DNA of 41,124 nucleotides from Candidatus Nanoarchaeia archaeon (GTDB lineage Archaea; Nanobdellota; Nanobdellia; UBA10117): NCBI GenBank assembly GCA_038851215.1, contig JAWCLD010000002.1, positions 1 to 41,124 of the forward strand, read 5' to 3'. Shown piece by piece: positions 40,853 to 41,124 of this stretch (position 1 is its first letter; each line of letters starts with the position of its first letter). The notes under the pieces were generated by a model. It saw only the letters and a program-made list of their open reading frames with translations, ran no database searches and was not told where the DNA came from. The position numbers and the translations under genes were made by a program.

Positions 40853-41124
40853 TTTCGCTTAATTTTTTAAGCATTGGACGCATTCTTAAAACATTTTCCG
40901 CGCTGAATGTCTTTAAATCTACTATAATATAATCTAAAGTTGGTTTTTGAAAGTCGTGAGTAGCTTCCTCAATTAGTTTTTCCAATGGTGGCCAGTTATT
41001 ATCTTTTAATTTTTTCTCTATAAGAAAACTTACAAATTCCCAGCTTTTTGGAGTAATTCTTCCTCCTTTATAATAGGAAGCCCTGTATTTAACAAAAGTT
41101 TGTGCAAGAGCGTAATTATCAAAC
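40773..41124 (-). CDS. hypothetical protein, 5'-truncated by the window edge
   Basis: The open frame runs from the window end to the stop at 40773 (...FDNYALAQTFVKYRASYYKGGRITPKSWEFVSFLIEKKLKDNNWPPLEKLIEEATHDF...). No motif recognised. Confidence 0.4.
   Translation of the reverse strand, partial: FDNYALAQTFVKYRASYYKGGRITPKSWEFVSFLIEKKLKDNNWPPLEKLIEEATHDFQKPTLDYIIVDLKTFSAENVLRMRPMLKKLSESENFYTRPSFVSYGHKNDFGRRAKEC

Noticed and set aside
1-41124. CRISPR arrays, tRNA/rRNA genes, transposases, integrases, toxin-antitoxin or known defence-system genes
   Set aside because: Intergenic gaps are short (mostly under 110 bp; the largest is 229 bp at 6534-6762). None shows direct repeats with spacers, cloverleaf-compatible stems or rRNA-like sequence, and no ORF carries DDE/tyrosine-recombinase or typical defence motifs. 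This is a visual scan only, so a tRNAscan/Infernal run would be needed to be certain.

Overview
This is compact, low-GC, almost gap-free archaeal DNA. Archaea-specific markers read from the translations include ribosomal proteins L44e and S27e, aIF2-alpha, Pelota, Hjc resolvase, a GINS subunit, an AEP-type primase, archaeal-type phosphoglycerate mutase (ApgM) and AMP phosphorylase. Small proteins, a fused primase and trimmed domains suggest a reduced, DPANN-like genome, but that is inference only. Positions 187-19846 form one very large type IV filament (pilus-like) locus. It holds a GspE/FlaI-family ATPase, a FlaJ/TadC-like platform protein and about 18 downstream proteins. Most of these begin with a class III (prepilin-like) signal, [K/R/Q]-G followed by a ~20-residue hydrophobic helix. 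They include four ~52-64 aa mini-pilins (one is missing from the ORF track), a tandem pair of Cys-rich candidate major pilins, and three giant proteins of 644-829 aa. One giant carries FG-GAP-like propeller repeats, and another carries a Vps62/NLP-like HDWE motif. I see no prepilin peptidase and no archaellum accessory genes in the window. Positions 19.9-41.1 kb are mostly housekeeping and information-processing genes: a DRG-like GTPase, Hjc, ApgM, AMP phosphorylase, an AI-2E transporter, a HAD hydrolase, Pelota, an EndoQ-like PHP nuclease, the L44e-S27e-aIF2alpha operon, GINS, a fused PriS/PriL-CTD primase, PolX, Nudix and UDG. A second four-gene envelope module (28555-32993) with paralogous lipobox proteins interrupts them. 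I found no rRNA, tRNA, CRISPR array, transposase or integrase by eye. All family calls rest on motif recognition from the translations; no database search was run.
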